A stretch of 61,821 nucleotides of DNA, filler included, from a bacterium (GCA_037439705.1; 7 parts of 7 records of this genome joined end to end with filler, not necessarily neighbours in it), one strand, 5' to 3'. Counted from the first letter of the whole stretch, positions 21,144 to 32,589 are shown. Program-made: numbers and translations. Notes: a model not told the origin generated them from the letters alone.

Positions 21144-21242
21144 ATTTTATCCTCCATTTAAAACTCTAGTATTAAATGTCAAGTTTTCGGCGTTTTAATA
21201 TTTTGGCTATTTTTGATAATTTTGTGGAATTTTTGAATTTTC

Positions 21243-21270
21243 TTGACACAAATATATATTTTTTTATAAT
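21243..21270 (+). promoter_or_regulatory. Sigma70-type promoter for the SBP-TBDR-MCP operon
   Basis: TTGACA-16 nt-TATAAT, 8 bp upstream of the ATG at 21279. Confidence 0.65.
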
Positions 21271-21278
21271 TTTATTTT

Positions 21279-22170
21279 ATGAAGAGAGGGGTTATTTTTT
21301 CCATTACATTTTTTTACTACATTTTAATAGGATATGCTGAGCCCCAACCTTTTATTTTTGCACTAAAAACAAGTTCAAATCCGTTTTATGATGGGATTTA
21401 TGAGTCTTTCAAAAAGGAGTGTAATTGTATTATTGAGATATATGATATCAAAGGAGATGTTGAAACTGGAAAGCGTATTATAAAGGAAAATTTTTCCAGA
21501 ATAGAAAAAATTGGTCTTGCAATAGGCACTCAGGCAATGAGGAGTTTCTACGAACAATATCCGGAATTGCCCGTGCTCTATCTTCTCAGCATTGGGCCCG
21601 AATATTTGGGTATAAAAGACACAAAAATCTTTGGTATATCTACTTTTTTTTACCCTGAAGAGGTTTCAAAATTATTCAGCGAGGTATTTCCGGATATTCA
21701 CTCTGTAGGCATTCTTCTATCAGATAAATTAACGGGAATTGGTAACGAAATGAAAGAGGCATTCAGCAAAAGTTGATGTGGCACTGATAATATCAAATAG
21801 CCCGACCGATAGCATAATAAAGGTTAAAGAAGTAAATTTTCAACTTCTTTATCTTATACCAGACCCCTATGTTTTGAATCCTACAACATATAAAGCAATT
21901 GTAAAACTTTCAGCTATGAAAAATTTTTTAATAATAGCACCATCTGAAATTTTTCTAAAAATAGGAGGACATATAGCGATTGAGCCAGATTTTGATAAGG
22001 CAGGTAAATATGCGGGAAGGTTAATGAATGAGTTTCTTTCTCAGGGAAAACAGGATTCCCTCCATCTTCCAATAAAGGGGTTGATTATAAATGAGAAAGA
22101 AATGAGAGAAAGAAAATACATTACACCTAAAGGATATACAATAAAATCAATTAAAGGAGGTGGCTTATGA
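21279..22170 (+). pseudogene. Periplasmic substrate-binding-like protein (ABC_sub_bind/YfiR-like), frameshifted near 21768-21771 (ORFs 21279-21776 and 21778-22170)
   Basis: Signal peptide; AIGTQA, PDIHSVGILL, LIPDPYV, DFDKAGKYAG and LIINEK patterns; the +1 frame continues KVDVALIIS across the break. Confidence 0.65.
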
Positions 22171-24158
22171 AAGTATTAGTCGCACTCATAACAATGGCAT
22201 TGTTTACATCAGTTTCTTTTGCTGAAGAAACAAAAGAGGAATATGAGGAGGTATTTTTTCGTGAAGATGTTGTTGAGACGGTGACAAAGAGAGCGGAAAA
22301 GGTTGAAGAGGTACCTGCATTTGTTTCTATAATGAAAAGGGAAGAGATTTTAAATTATGGTTTTCTTGACCTCTACAGGGTTCTGGCTTTTCAGCCAGGT
22401 ATAGAAGTGGTGGAATCCTTTTTTGGATACTCAGAGGTTGTAATAAGAGGAGTATATCCCACACATTACAACAATAAGTCTCTTTTTCTCATTGACCAGT
22501 ATCCTGTATACGAGCCAGTAAACGGAAGTTTTCACCTTGAATTTATTCCCATGGGAGCGATTGAAAGAGTTGAAATAATCAGGGGCCCAGGTTCCTCAAT
22601 ATACGGAACAAATGCATTCACAGGAATAATAAATGTGATTCCGAGGAATGGAAGGGATATTGATGGTTTTGAAATTGATGTCCTCGCAGGAGTCCATGAG
22701 GATGAGCCGTTGACAAGAGCATTAATCTCCTACGGGGGAAGCAAAAACGGTCTGGATTATTTCCTTTCAGGAGAGGTGTATTATGATTCAGGATACAATT
22801 TTAAGGCAGTGGATGAAAGAGGTGGTTCAAGGGAGATTGATTACAAAAATACCTATGGAAACTTCATGTGGAAATTATCAGGGAATAACTACAAGATAAT
22901 ATTCGGCTACTTTAATCAGGAAAAGATGAAGTTTGGCATCATTCCTGTATGGGCAACAAATGGTGAAAACACTTATGAAGGATTTTATGCTGAAGGTCTG
23001 CTTAAAGGAGAGATTTCAGAAAAGGTGAGGGTAACATTCAGAACCGGTTATAACAACCTTCAGAGGCTTTCCTATCTTGATGGTTTATCAGGCTATACAT
23101 ATCCATCATTTCCTGCACAAATTACTGCTCCGAGAATTTTAATGATTTCAGGCGGTGATGTTCTGAGGTCTGAATTGACGGGTGATGTTTCCGTTACTGA
23201 TTCATTTTCTCTTTTGGCAGGTGGTGTGTTTGAAAGACAGCATACTGACCCTTATATATTCATTGACAGAGAGAGAAAGGAATTACATTCAAAGACTGCA
23301 TTTCTTACATCAGGGCATAAAGAAAACTATGGTGTTTATCTTGAAGGCGCATATTCGCACAAATTTTTTAAAATTTATGCTGGCGGAAGGTATGACTACG
23401 ATACAAGGAGAGATGTAGGAAGGATTACCCCGCGAGCGGGGATAGTGGTGAAGCCATTAGAAAAATTTTATGTGAAGGCTGTATATGGCGAGGCTTTCAG
23501 ATATCCCAACTTTTTTGAATATGATGTTTTCACAACCAATGTCCTTATTGGTAATCCTCACCTGAAAGAGGAGTTTATAAGGAGCATAGATTTTGGAATT
23601 GAGGGGTCGTTATTTGGAAGGATAAAGTACTCACTACTTGGATATTTTGAGGATGTGCACGACCTTATAACAAGAGAACCCAGCCCGAGAAGGAATGAGT
23701 TTCCTGACGAGTTTTGGTATATAAACAAAGGAGGAGTTGAGGTATGGGGAGGTGAATTGAGCATATCTGCGAGACCTGTAAAAAGACTTGATATAATTGC
23801 AAATGGAACCATTAGAAATGGAAGTTTAGAGGAAGTCGGAAAAATACCATATTTTTCAAAGCATCTCTTCAATATCGGTTTGATCCTCCATCTGCCATGG
23901 AACCTTCACCTCTCACCCACATGGTCTTTAATTGGAAGAAGGGAAAAGGTGATAGAGGAACTTCCCGATAATACAACAAGGACATATAACATTTTCAACA
24001 TTGGTATTTCTTATGAATGGAAGGGACTTGCGATAAGAGCGCTCGCTTTAAATCTCACAGGTGAAAACATAAAGTATCCCGACCATATCCGGGGAAAGGT
24101 GTTTATACCTGGAGAGTCTAACCCGTCATTTTACGGAGAAGTAGGATATAAATTTTAG
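22167..24158 (+). CDS. TonB-dependent outer-membrane receptor
   Basis: Signal peptide; plug motifs VPAFVSIM, IERVEIIRGPGSSIYGTNAFTGIINVI; NPHLKEE; C-terminal YKF. Confidence 0.93.
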   Translation: MKVLVALITMALFTSVSFAEETKEEYEEVFFREDVVETVTKRAEKVEEVPAFVSIMKREEILNYGFLDLYRVLAFQPGIEVVESFFGYSEVVIRGVYPTHYNNKSLFLIDQYPVYEPVNGSFHLEFIPMGAIERVEIIRGPGSSIYGTNAFTGIINVIPRNGRDIDGFEIDVLAGVHEDEPLTRALISYGGSKNGLDYFLSGEVYYDSGYNFKAVDERGGSREIDYKNTYGNFMWKLSGNNYKIIFGYFNQEKMKFGIIPVWATNGENTYEGFYAEGLLKGEISEKVRVTFRTGYNNLQRLSYLDGLSGYTYPSFPAQITAPRILMISGGDVLRSELTGDVSVTDSFSLLAGGVFERQHTDPYIFIDRERKELHSKTAFLTSGHKENYGVYLEGAYSHKFFKIYAGGRYDYDTRRDVGRITPRAGIVVKPLEKFYVKAVYGEAFRYPNFFEYDVFTTNVLIGNPHLKEEFIRSIDFGIEGSLFGRIKYSLLGYFEDVHDLITREPSPRRNEFPDEFWYINKGGVEVWGGELSISARPVKRLDIIANGTIRNGSLEEVGKIPYFSKHLFNIGLILHLPWNLHLSPTWSLIGRREKVIEELPDNTTRTYNIFNIGISYEWKGLAIRALALNLTGENIKYPDHIRGKVFIPGESNPSFYGEVGYKF

Positions 24159-24210
24159 CACATTTTTAAGGGATTGAGATTTTGTTCCTTTTTTATTATT
24201 ATAAGAACAT

Positions 24211-25623
24211 ATGAAGGTACCAAGATATATTAAAGAACTGAAGGTGAGTCAAAAAATCGTTTTGTATTTTTCTCTTGGAATCCTGGTCTTTTATCTCTTC
24301 AACCTTTTCGTTGGATGGATAATTTTAAGAAGAAACATAATAAATGAAAAAATTGAAGAAGCCAATAACCTCTCTTCATATATGGCATATCTGGTAGGTC
24401 CATCTATTCTTCTGGGTGATGTTATATCAATAAAGGCTGATCTTCAAACATTCTCGTCCTCAAAGGACATAAAGGTTGTGGTTTTGAAGGATAGTGAGGG
24501 CAAAGGGGTTGTTGTAGATGTCTTTGATACAAAATGCCTTTCATGCCACAGTGAAGAGGATTTTTTCAATCTTGTTGATAGAAAAGGAAAAATCCACAGC
24601 ACAGGAGCCGGGGCTATAATAATTGGGATTTCGGATGTAAGTTCTGAAGGCGCTTCTTCAGGAAAGGTTTTTGCCATTCTTTCATTAGAAAGGGCATACA
24701 AAAGAATCTATTCTGCATTTGGAAGGACATCAATTTTCATCTCCATCCTTTTTGTCATCCTCATCGCCGGAGGATATATGGTTATGAGGTTTTCAATAGT
24801 TCTTCCCTTGAAGAAGGGAGCAGAAATTCTTGATTCTGCAGTGAAAGAGGCAGTAAAGGCAGTTGTGGATGTGCAGACTGGAACATCGGAGCAGGCAGCA
24901 TCCGTAACAGAGATTGCTGGAAGCAGTGATGAAATCGCAACTTCAGCACTTCAGATTGCAGAGATAGTAAAGACCTCTGAAAACCTTTCAAGGGAAAATA
25001 GTTTATCAGCAGAGGAAAGCGAAAAAGCAGTTGATGAGGTTGTGAAGGAGATATTTTCCGTAAAGGAAAAGATAAACGATATGGCAAAGAGGATTGTTCA
25101 GCTCTCCGAGTTATCGCAAAGAATAGGAAACATAAATGCTCTTATAGAAGACATATCAGACCAGACAAGGCTACTTGCTGTAAATGCTTCAATAGAGGCA
25201 GTAGGAGCAGGAGAGGCAGGAAGGAGGTTCGGGGTTGTGGCTCAGGAAATAAGAAATCTTTCCTTGAGAACAAGGGATGCAACTGAGGATGTTAGAAAAA
25301 TTGTTGAGGAAATCCTTTCTTCAATTACAAATACTGTAATGATAACAGAGGAGGGAGTGAAGTCCTTTGAGGTGCTTACACGAAGGATTGAAAATTTGAA
25401 GGATGTCTTTTCTGTTTTGAAGGAGAAGGCTAATGAGGTATACAAAATTTCCGTTGACATAAAGGAAGCAACTCAGGGACAGGTAACCTCATCCTCTCAG
25501 ATGGCAAAGGCTCTTGAGGAAATAAAGGGAGTGGCAAATGGGATTGCGGAAAGCGGAGTAAGGCTTTCAGAGGTAATAAAAAGGGTTGAAGAAATAATGA
25601 AAAATATGGAAAATATGGTATAA
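24211..25623 (+). CDS. Methyl-accepting chemotaxis protein with a periplasmic CxxCH heme-c motif
   Basis: Two TM helices; CLSCH at 24535-24549 between them; MCP hairpin QTRLLAVNASIEAVGAGEAGRRFGVVAQEIRNLS. Confidence 0.9.
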   Translation: MKVPRYIKELKVSQKIVLYFSLGILVFYLFNLFVGWIILRRNIINEKIEEANNLSSYMAYLVGPSILLGDVISIKADLQTFSSSKDIKVVVLKDSEGKGVVVDVFDTKCLSCHSEEDFFNLVDRKGKIHSTGAGAIIIGISDVSSEGASSGKVFAILSLERAYKRIYSAFGRTSIFISILFVILIAGGYMVMRFSIVLPLKKGAEILDSAVKEAVKAVVDVQTGTSEQAASVTEIAGSSDEIATSALQIAEIVKTSENLSRENSLSAEESEKAVDEVVKEIFSVKEKINDMAKRIVQLSELSQRIGNINALIEDISDQTRLLAVNASIEAVGAGEAGRRFGVVAQEIRNLSLRTRDATEDVRKIVEEILSSITNTVMITEEGVKSFEVLTRRIENLKDVFSVLKEKANEVYKISVDIKEATQGQVTSSSQMAKALEEIKGVANGIAESGVRLSEVIKRVEEIMKNMENMV

Positions 25624-25647
25624 TTAAACACATAAAATTTTGAAAAA

Positions 25648-26721
25648 ATGAAAAAATTAGACGGAAGCGGAATTTTCATATTTCTGGGAGTGGATACTAA
25701 TAATTTTGGAAAGTCTATTTTGAACTCTCTCAAAAAAATGAGACCAGCAGGAATAGTTCTTTATGGGGAAGGTTATGAAAATCCTTTAGAATTGAAGAAA
25801 ATGATTGATGATATAAAAAGGGCAGTTGATTCAAACCTTATAATTGCAGTTGACCAGGAAGGAGGAAAGGTCCAGAGGTTGAAAAAAGGGTTCACGAAAA
25901 TTCCTGATGCAGAAACAGTAGGAAAATTTTTTGAAAAAACCAGGGATGTGCGCTCAATTTACGAACTTGGAAAGATGATCGCTGTTGAACTCAAGGCAGT
26001 GGGAGTCAACATGAATCTTGCCCCAGTTCTTGATATAGGATATGAAAAAAGTTACATGAAAGGAAGGGCATACAGCTCAAACATAAGTACGGTTGAAGAG
26101 GTAGGGCTTTCTCTTATAGCAGGTATGCAGGACCACCATCTTGCAGCCTGTGGGAAACATTTCCCAGGACACGGACAAACATCTGTAGATTCACATTTAT
26201 CCCTTCCAAAAGTTTCAAAATCAGAAAGAGAGCTATTTCTTTTTGATATAAGACCATTCATTCATGCCATCAAAAATGGCATTGTGTCAATAATGGTGGC
26301 TCATATTCTCTATCCAGAAATTGACAGTTCATACGCTGCATCTCTGTCTTATAAAATTATATCGGGCTATCTTAAGAAAAAGATGAATTTTGACGGATTT
26401 ATTCTTTCGGATGATATCCTTATGGATGCCATAAGAAAGAATTTTAAACCGGAAGAGGCATGTGTGCTTTCATTAAAAGCAGGAGCGGATGCAGTGATAA
26501 TTTCAAAGGATATAGAGGTTCAGGAAAGATGTTACGAAAGAATTAGTAAAGCAATAGAAGATGGAGAATTAAAAACCGAAAGGGTTCTTGAGAGCTTTAT
26601 AAGGGTTAAGAGTTTGAAATCAAGGGCTAAGCCAGGAGATTATGATATAGATGTGGTTGGATGCGATGCTCACAGAAGGTTTGTAGAGAAAATTGTTGAA
26701 AAGGCTGAGTCAAAGAATTAA
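25648..26721 (+). CDS. nagZ: Beta-N-acetylhexosaminidase (GH3)
   Basis: AVDQEGGKVQRL, NLAPVLD, KHFPGHG..SVDSH catalytic loop. Confidence 0.9.
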   Translation: MKKLDGSGIFIFLGVDTNNFGKSILNSLKKMRPAGIVLYGEGYENPLELKKMIDDIKRAVDSNLIIAVDQEGGKVQRLKKGFTKIPDAETVGKFFEKTRDVRSIYELGKMIAVELKAVGVNMNLAPVLDIGYEKSYMKGRAYSSNISTVEEVGLSLIAGMQDHHLAACGKHFPGHGQTSVDSHLSLPKVSKSERELFLFDIRPFIHAIKNGIVSIMVAHILYPEIDSSYAASLSYKIISGYLKKKMNFDGFILSDDILMDAIRKNFKPEEACVLSLKAGADAVIISKDIEVQERCYERISKAIEDGELKTERVLESFIRVKSLKSRAKPGDYDIDVVGCDAHRRFVEKIVEKAESKN

Positions 26722-27067
26722 ATCTCTTTCTTCAACTTCTTTAGCCATTCAATCCTTCTTTTCAAATAGGGGGTATGTTTTTCCTGGGGAATTGATAAAA
26801 TCTCGTTTATCTTTTCCTCAACATCAGAAGCCTTTATTTCTTCAAGAAATAGTGCCATACCGACGAAAACCTTAACTTCATTGTCTTTTACTGATAGGAA
26901 TCCTGAATCCGTATAAAATTTCTTATCGTCAACTTTTATCTTCCCTTCCTTCAGATCTGAAAGGTATTTTGCGTGATTCGGAAGGATGCATACCTCGCTT
27001 TCTGATGTTTTAAAGATGACCTTTTCGCATAATTTTTCAAAATAAACTCCATCCGATGAAAACAATT
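26718..27067 (-). CDS. atpC: F1F0 ATP synthase epsilon subunit-like protein (5' truncated)
   Basis: ILPNHAKYLSDLKEG, SGFLSVKDNEVKV. Confidence 0.75.
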
Positions 27068-27167
27068 NNNNNNNNNNNNNNNNNNNNNNNNNNNNNNNNN
27101 NNNNNNNNNNNTTAATTAATTAANNNNNNNNNNNNNNNNNNNNNNNNNNNNNNNNNNNNNNNNNNNN
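27068..27167. other. Artificial contig linker
   Basis: N44-TTAATTAATTAA-N44. Confidence 0.98.
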
Positions 27168-27169
27168 AT

Positions 27170-27421
27170 CTTCCTACAGGGGTTCTTGAGGTAAAGGTGG
27201 AGACCGAGGAAGAGATGAAAGAAATTGTAAATTACATAAACAAACATTCCATTCCATACAGAATAAGCGGAAATATATTCACCCTCTATTCAAAAAATCC
27301 AGATACAGCGAGAGGAGAGCTTTTTCTTATCGGAATTGAAAACATTGTGAAAAGAAATCCCAATCTTGAAGATTTGTTTTTGAAACTTACAGGTAGGTCA
27401 TTGAAAGATGAAACCATTTAA
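27170..27421 (+). CDS. C-terminus of an ABC exporter ATP-binding subunit (NodI/DrrA-like), 5' truncated
   Basis: RNPNLEDLFLKLTGRSLKD terminus; overlaps the ABC-2 permease. Confidence 0.75.
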   Translation, partial: LPTGVLEVKVETEEEMKEIVNYINKHSIPYRISGNIFTLYSKNPDTARGELFLIGIENIVKRNPNLEDLFLKLTGRSLKDETI

Positions 27422-28157
27422 GGTCTGGTTGAGAAACTTTATTGCCTGGAAAAAGAATTTTTTAACCAGCCTTGTGGGAGATGTCATTGACCCCATAATT
27501 TATTTTCTCGGGTTCGGTTACGGATTCCGTGCTCTTGTTGGAAATGTTAACGGAGTTGATTATGTAGCCTTTATAGTTCCGGGAATTATAATGTCCTCTG
27601 CAATGACGGGAACAAGTTATGAGTGCACCTTTGGTTCTTTTACAAGGATCGGTGGAAGAAAAACATACAGGGCTTTACTCATTGCTCCAATTATGATTGA
27701 GGATTTTGTAATTGGAGAGGTGCTCTGGGGAATGACCAAAGGATTTATTTCTGCAATTATAATGCTCATCTTCACCACGATTTTTGGATATTTTCCGGGA
27801 TGGGTAATAATTTTGAATATTCTGAACATTATTATCACCACATTTGTCTTTGCATCAACATCTATGTTTTTTACATCAATTTCTCGTTCATACGATTTCT
27901 TTTCCTATTACTTTACAGCCTTTATCTCGCCCATGTTCATACTTTCTGGCATATTCTTTCCACTGAGTTCTTTTCCAGAATGGGCATCGTTCATTTCAAG
28001 GATTTTTCCGCTTACATATTCTGTCCATCTTGCAAGGGAGATTTACAATGGAACCTTTTCACCCCTTCTAATTGTTGATGTTCTTTTTCTTCTTCTGTGG
28101 GGTTCGTTTTTCTTTTACCTTTCCATAAAGTTTATGAAAAAAAGGTTGATAACATAG
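27408..28157 (+). CDS. ABC-2 type permease (NodJ-like)
   Basis: YVAFIVPGIIMSSAM, FILSGIFFPLSSFPEW, FPLTYSV. Confidence 0.88.
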   Translation: MKPFKVWLRNFIAWKKNFLTSLVGDVIDPIIYFLGFGYGFRALVGNVNGVDYVAFIVPGIIMSSAMTGTSYECTFGSFTRIGGRKTYRALLIAPIMIEDFVIGEVLWGMTKGFISAIIMLIFTTIFGYFPGWVIILNILNIIITTFVFASTSMFFTSISRSYDFFSYYFTAFISPMFILSGIFFPLSSFPEWASFISRIFPLTYSVHLAREIYNGTFSPLLIVDVLFLLLWGSFFFYLSIKFMKKRLIT

Positions 28158-28238
28158 AAAAGAGGCAGGCTAATTGGGAATTAGGAGTCAGGAATCAGTC
28201 AAAACACACAAACTGCCCTCACTTTTATTGCTGAAATT

Positions 28239-29309
28239 TTAAATCACCAGAGGAATTTCCGGGTGGTTTCTGACAAATTCAACCATTTTATCCATATACT
28301 CCACAGGAGAGGGGCATCTGATATCAGTGTCTTTGAGAAATTCATCTGTATTTTTTGTGTTATAAACCGCATAATGGTCAAGGTAAACTGCACTTTGCCT
28401 TGGAAAGCCCGCAATTTTTGACCCTTTCGGTATTTTGAGGAGGAGGTTTAAGAGCCATGCTGGCATCTTCCATCCCTTTCTTGTCCCAACAGTTTTTTCT
28501 TTCAGGAGTTCAAAATACTCCTTTGTTGATAGAGGATTCGGGTCAGCAAGCTGAAAGGTTTTTCCAATGGCAGATTCTTTCTTTGATATATAAACCATAG
28601 CATTTACAACGAAATCAACAGGCACCGTATTAAAAGGAATGTCAGGTTTTCCAAATTTTGGAAGAATTCCTGCCATTATCTTTGGAAATCTCAGGTAAAA
28701 TTTTATCGCATAATATGGTCCATCATACTTGTTAATCTCGCCTGTTTTTGAGTCTCCCACGACTATAGCGGGTCTGAAAATTATGGTTGGAATTTTATCC
28801 ATATAGGCTCTTACCAGAACCTCTGCCCAGCCTTTTGTTTCTTCATAAAAGTTTTTGAACCCCAAGGAAGGGTTAATCTCGTCTTCAAGGATTATTCCAA
28901 CCCTCTTTCCTGATACATAGCATGTGCTTATATAATTGAAAACCCTGAGGTTTTTCATTGAGAGAGCCAGCTGAATGATGTTGAAGGTTCCCTCCACATT
29001 TACCCTGTGAGCAAGCGCCCTTCCAACAGCCAGGTCATAAATTGCAGCAAGATGAAATATCTCATTTGCCTCTTCTTTTATTTTGTTGTAGTCTTCTTTA
29101 TTCATTCCAGCAAATTTCTGGGTTATATCTCCCTTTATAAGAAGAGTCTGTTTCCCGGCAGGGTCAAGTTTTCTTCTTTCTTCCTCAGCCTTTTTCATGA
29201 AATCTGGATGAATGAGGAGATAAAGAAAACAACCTTCTTTTAGAAGAGCCCTTACTAAATGCGTTGTGATGAAACCCGGAAAACCTGTTACAAAAATTTT
29301 TCTTTCCAT
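28239..29309 (-). CDS. Extended SDR (NAD_binding_4 / fatty acyl-CoA reductase-like)
   Basis: FVTGFPGFI, IFHLAAIYDL, YISTCYVSG, YEETK, RPAIVVGDS. Confidence 0.85.
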   Translation of the reverse strand: MERKIFVTGFPGFITTHLVRALLKEGCFLYLLIHPDFMKKAEEERRKLDPAGKQTLLIKGDITQKFAGMNKEDYNKIKEEANEIFHLAAIYDLAVGRALAHRVNVEGTFNIIQLALSMKNLRVFNYISTCYVSGKRVGIILEDEINPSLGFKNFYEETKGWAEVLVRAYMDKIPTIIFRPAIVVGDSKTGEINKYDGPYYAIKFYLRFPKIMAGILPKFGKPDIPFNTVPVDFVVNAMVYISKKESAIGKTFQLADPNPLSTKEYFELLKEKTVGTRKGWKMPAWLLNLLLKIPKGSKIAGFPRQSAVYLDHYAVYNTKNTDEFLKDTDIRCPSPVEYMDKMVEFVRNHPEIPLVI

Positions 29310-29460
29310 CTCACACCTCCTTTTTTCAAAAAAATTCTAAGGGAAAAAATTTAAAAAACAAGGAAAATTGAAATTCGGGCTGAAGGTAAACTTTTAAAAA
29401 TTTCTTGACATAAATTCTTAATATAATTAAATTGTTTTCCGAGTTTAATTAAAAAAATAA

Positions 29461-30828
<1,368 letters not shown>

Positions 30829-30894
30829 ACTATTTTTTGATGAGGAGGGGAGGATATTTTTTTTAAAAGTAGAAAAAGTTGTATTATATCAAAA

Positions 30895-32586
30895 ATGAAA
30901 ATAGCGGTTCATATAACCCATGAGGTTGTGAAAAAAATTGGAGGAATTGGAGCGGTAATAAACGGGTGGTGCTCATCAACTTCTTATAAGAAGAGGTATG
31001 GAAAGACCCTTCTTTACGGTCCTGTTTTTGAAAATCCTCGGGAGAGAATAAAGGAAATCAAGAAAATGGGAGGGATGGAGTTTGGAAGGACATGGTTTAA
31101 GGGAGAGGACTTAAAAAGGATTGAAGGGATACTGAAAAAATATAATGTAGAACTTGTATATGGGAAAAAACCGATTCAAGATGAAGGAAAAGGTGTTGAA
31201 GTTGATTTTCTTCTTCTTTACCTTCAGAATATGAACCTTCATGAGGTGGGAATGTTCAAATATGAGTTCTGGAAAAAATTTGGAATTTCCTCAGACCTTT
31301 ATGAGACCAACTGGGATTACGAGCAGTATCTGAGGATAGCAATTCCCTTTGTGGAACTGATAAAGGAGCTTTATGGTGAACAAAACGAATTCCATATCTT
31401 TGCTCACGAATACATGGGTCTTCCTTCTGCTTTAGCAGTAAAAATGAACGGGGAGAAATGGAAGACTATATTTGTTGCCCATGAGGTTTCTACCGCAAGG
31501 TTCATTGTGGAGAGTCATCCCGGTCATGACATATCCTTTTACAATATTCTCAGAAAGGAAAAGGGAAAAAGAAGTCTTGAAGATGTATTCGGTTCACAGA
31601 AACAGAATCCGAGAAATGAACTGGTTAAAAGAGCGGATGAACTTGACCTCATTCTATCGGTCAGCGACCTTGTCAAAGATGAATTTACATTTTTGAAAGG
31701 CAGGGAATGTGAAAAGATAAAAATTACCTACCACGGAGTTTCCCGTAAAGACATTACTTTTGCTGAAAAAATGGAGAGCAGAAAGAAGGTTTGCGGATTT
31801 GTGAAGAACCTTCTTGGATTTGAGCCAGATGTCATATTTACCCATGTCGCTCGTTTTGTAATAAGCAAGGGGTTCTGGAGGGATTTAACCCTTTTATATT
31901 ATCTGGATAGAATCTTTTCCGAAAATGGACTCAAAGGGGTGTATATCCTTCTTTCAACCCTAATTGCCACTGGAAGAAATCCTGAGGATGTTTTGAGAAT
32001 GGAAAAGGAATATGGATGGCCACTAAATCACAGAAAGGGCTGGCCTGACCTTGTTGGGGCAGAGGCTGAGATGTGGGATTACATTCAAATTTTTAACAGC
32101 AATAGCAGGAGCATAAAGTGTGTGTTTATAAATCAGTTTGGTTTCAGCAGGGAAACCTGCGGAAATGCGGTTCCGGAATCTACCGATTTCACGGATTTAA
32201 GGATTGCTTCCGATTGCGAGATAGGACTTTCAATCTATGAACCATTTGGAATAAGTCATATAGAGGTTTTACCATACGGAGGAATTTCAGTAATTTCATC
32301 ATCCTGTGGGGTAAGTTTTCTTTTAGAAAAGGTTTTTAGAGGGGATTTTAAGCCATATTTCATAATAGATTTCATAAAAGAAGGAGAAAATTTAAGCCCA
32401 GAAGCCCTCCTTTCACTTACAAGGGAAAAAAGGGATGAAATGGAAAGAAGGTGTATAGAAGGTTCAGCAGTTGATATTTTCAGCCTTCTTCCGATTACAG
32501 ACGAAAAAAGGAAACTGTATCTTCAGAGAGTAAAGGAGTATATTTCTTCTCTTTCATGGGACAGCGTTTTTCCCTTTGATGTCTAA
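30895..32586 (+). CDS. GT-B glycosyltransferase, glycogen-synthase (GT3)-like
   Basis: HEVVKKIGGIGAV (compare the KxGG loop), AHEYMG, EX7E motif EPFGISHIE. Confidence 0.65.
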   Translation: MKIAVHITHEVVKKIGGIGAVINGWCSSTSYKKRYGKTLLYGPVFENPRERIKEIKKMGGMEFGRTWFKGEDLKRIEGILKKYNVELVYGKKPIQDEGKGVEVDFLLLYLQNMNLHEVGMFKYEFWKKFGISSDLYETNWDYEQYLRIAIPFVELIKELYGEQNEFHIFAHEYMGLPSALAVKMNGEKWKTIFVAHEVSTARFIVESHPGHDISFYNILRKEKGKRSLEDVFGSQKQNPRNELVKRADELDLILSVSDLVKDEFTFLKGRECEKIKITYHGVSRKDITFAEKMESRKKVCGFVKNLLGFEPDVIFTHVARFVISKGFWRDLTLLYYLDRIFSENGLKGVYILLSTLIATGRNPEDVLRMEKEYGWPLNHRKGWPDLVGAEAEMWDYIQIFNSNSRSIKCVFINQFGFSRETCGNAVPESTDFTDLRIASDCEIGLSIYEPFGISHIEVLPYGGISVISSSCGVSFLLEKVFRGDFKPYFIIDFIKEGENLSPEALLSLTREKRDEMERRCIEGSAVDIFSLLPITDEKRKLYLQRVKEYISSLSWDSVFPFDV

Positions 32587-32589
32587 AGA

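Noticed and set aside
28161-28220. GAGGCAG...CTGCCCTC inverted repeat between convergent genes
   Set aside because: Stem is imperfect and the loop too long to call a terminator
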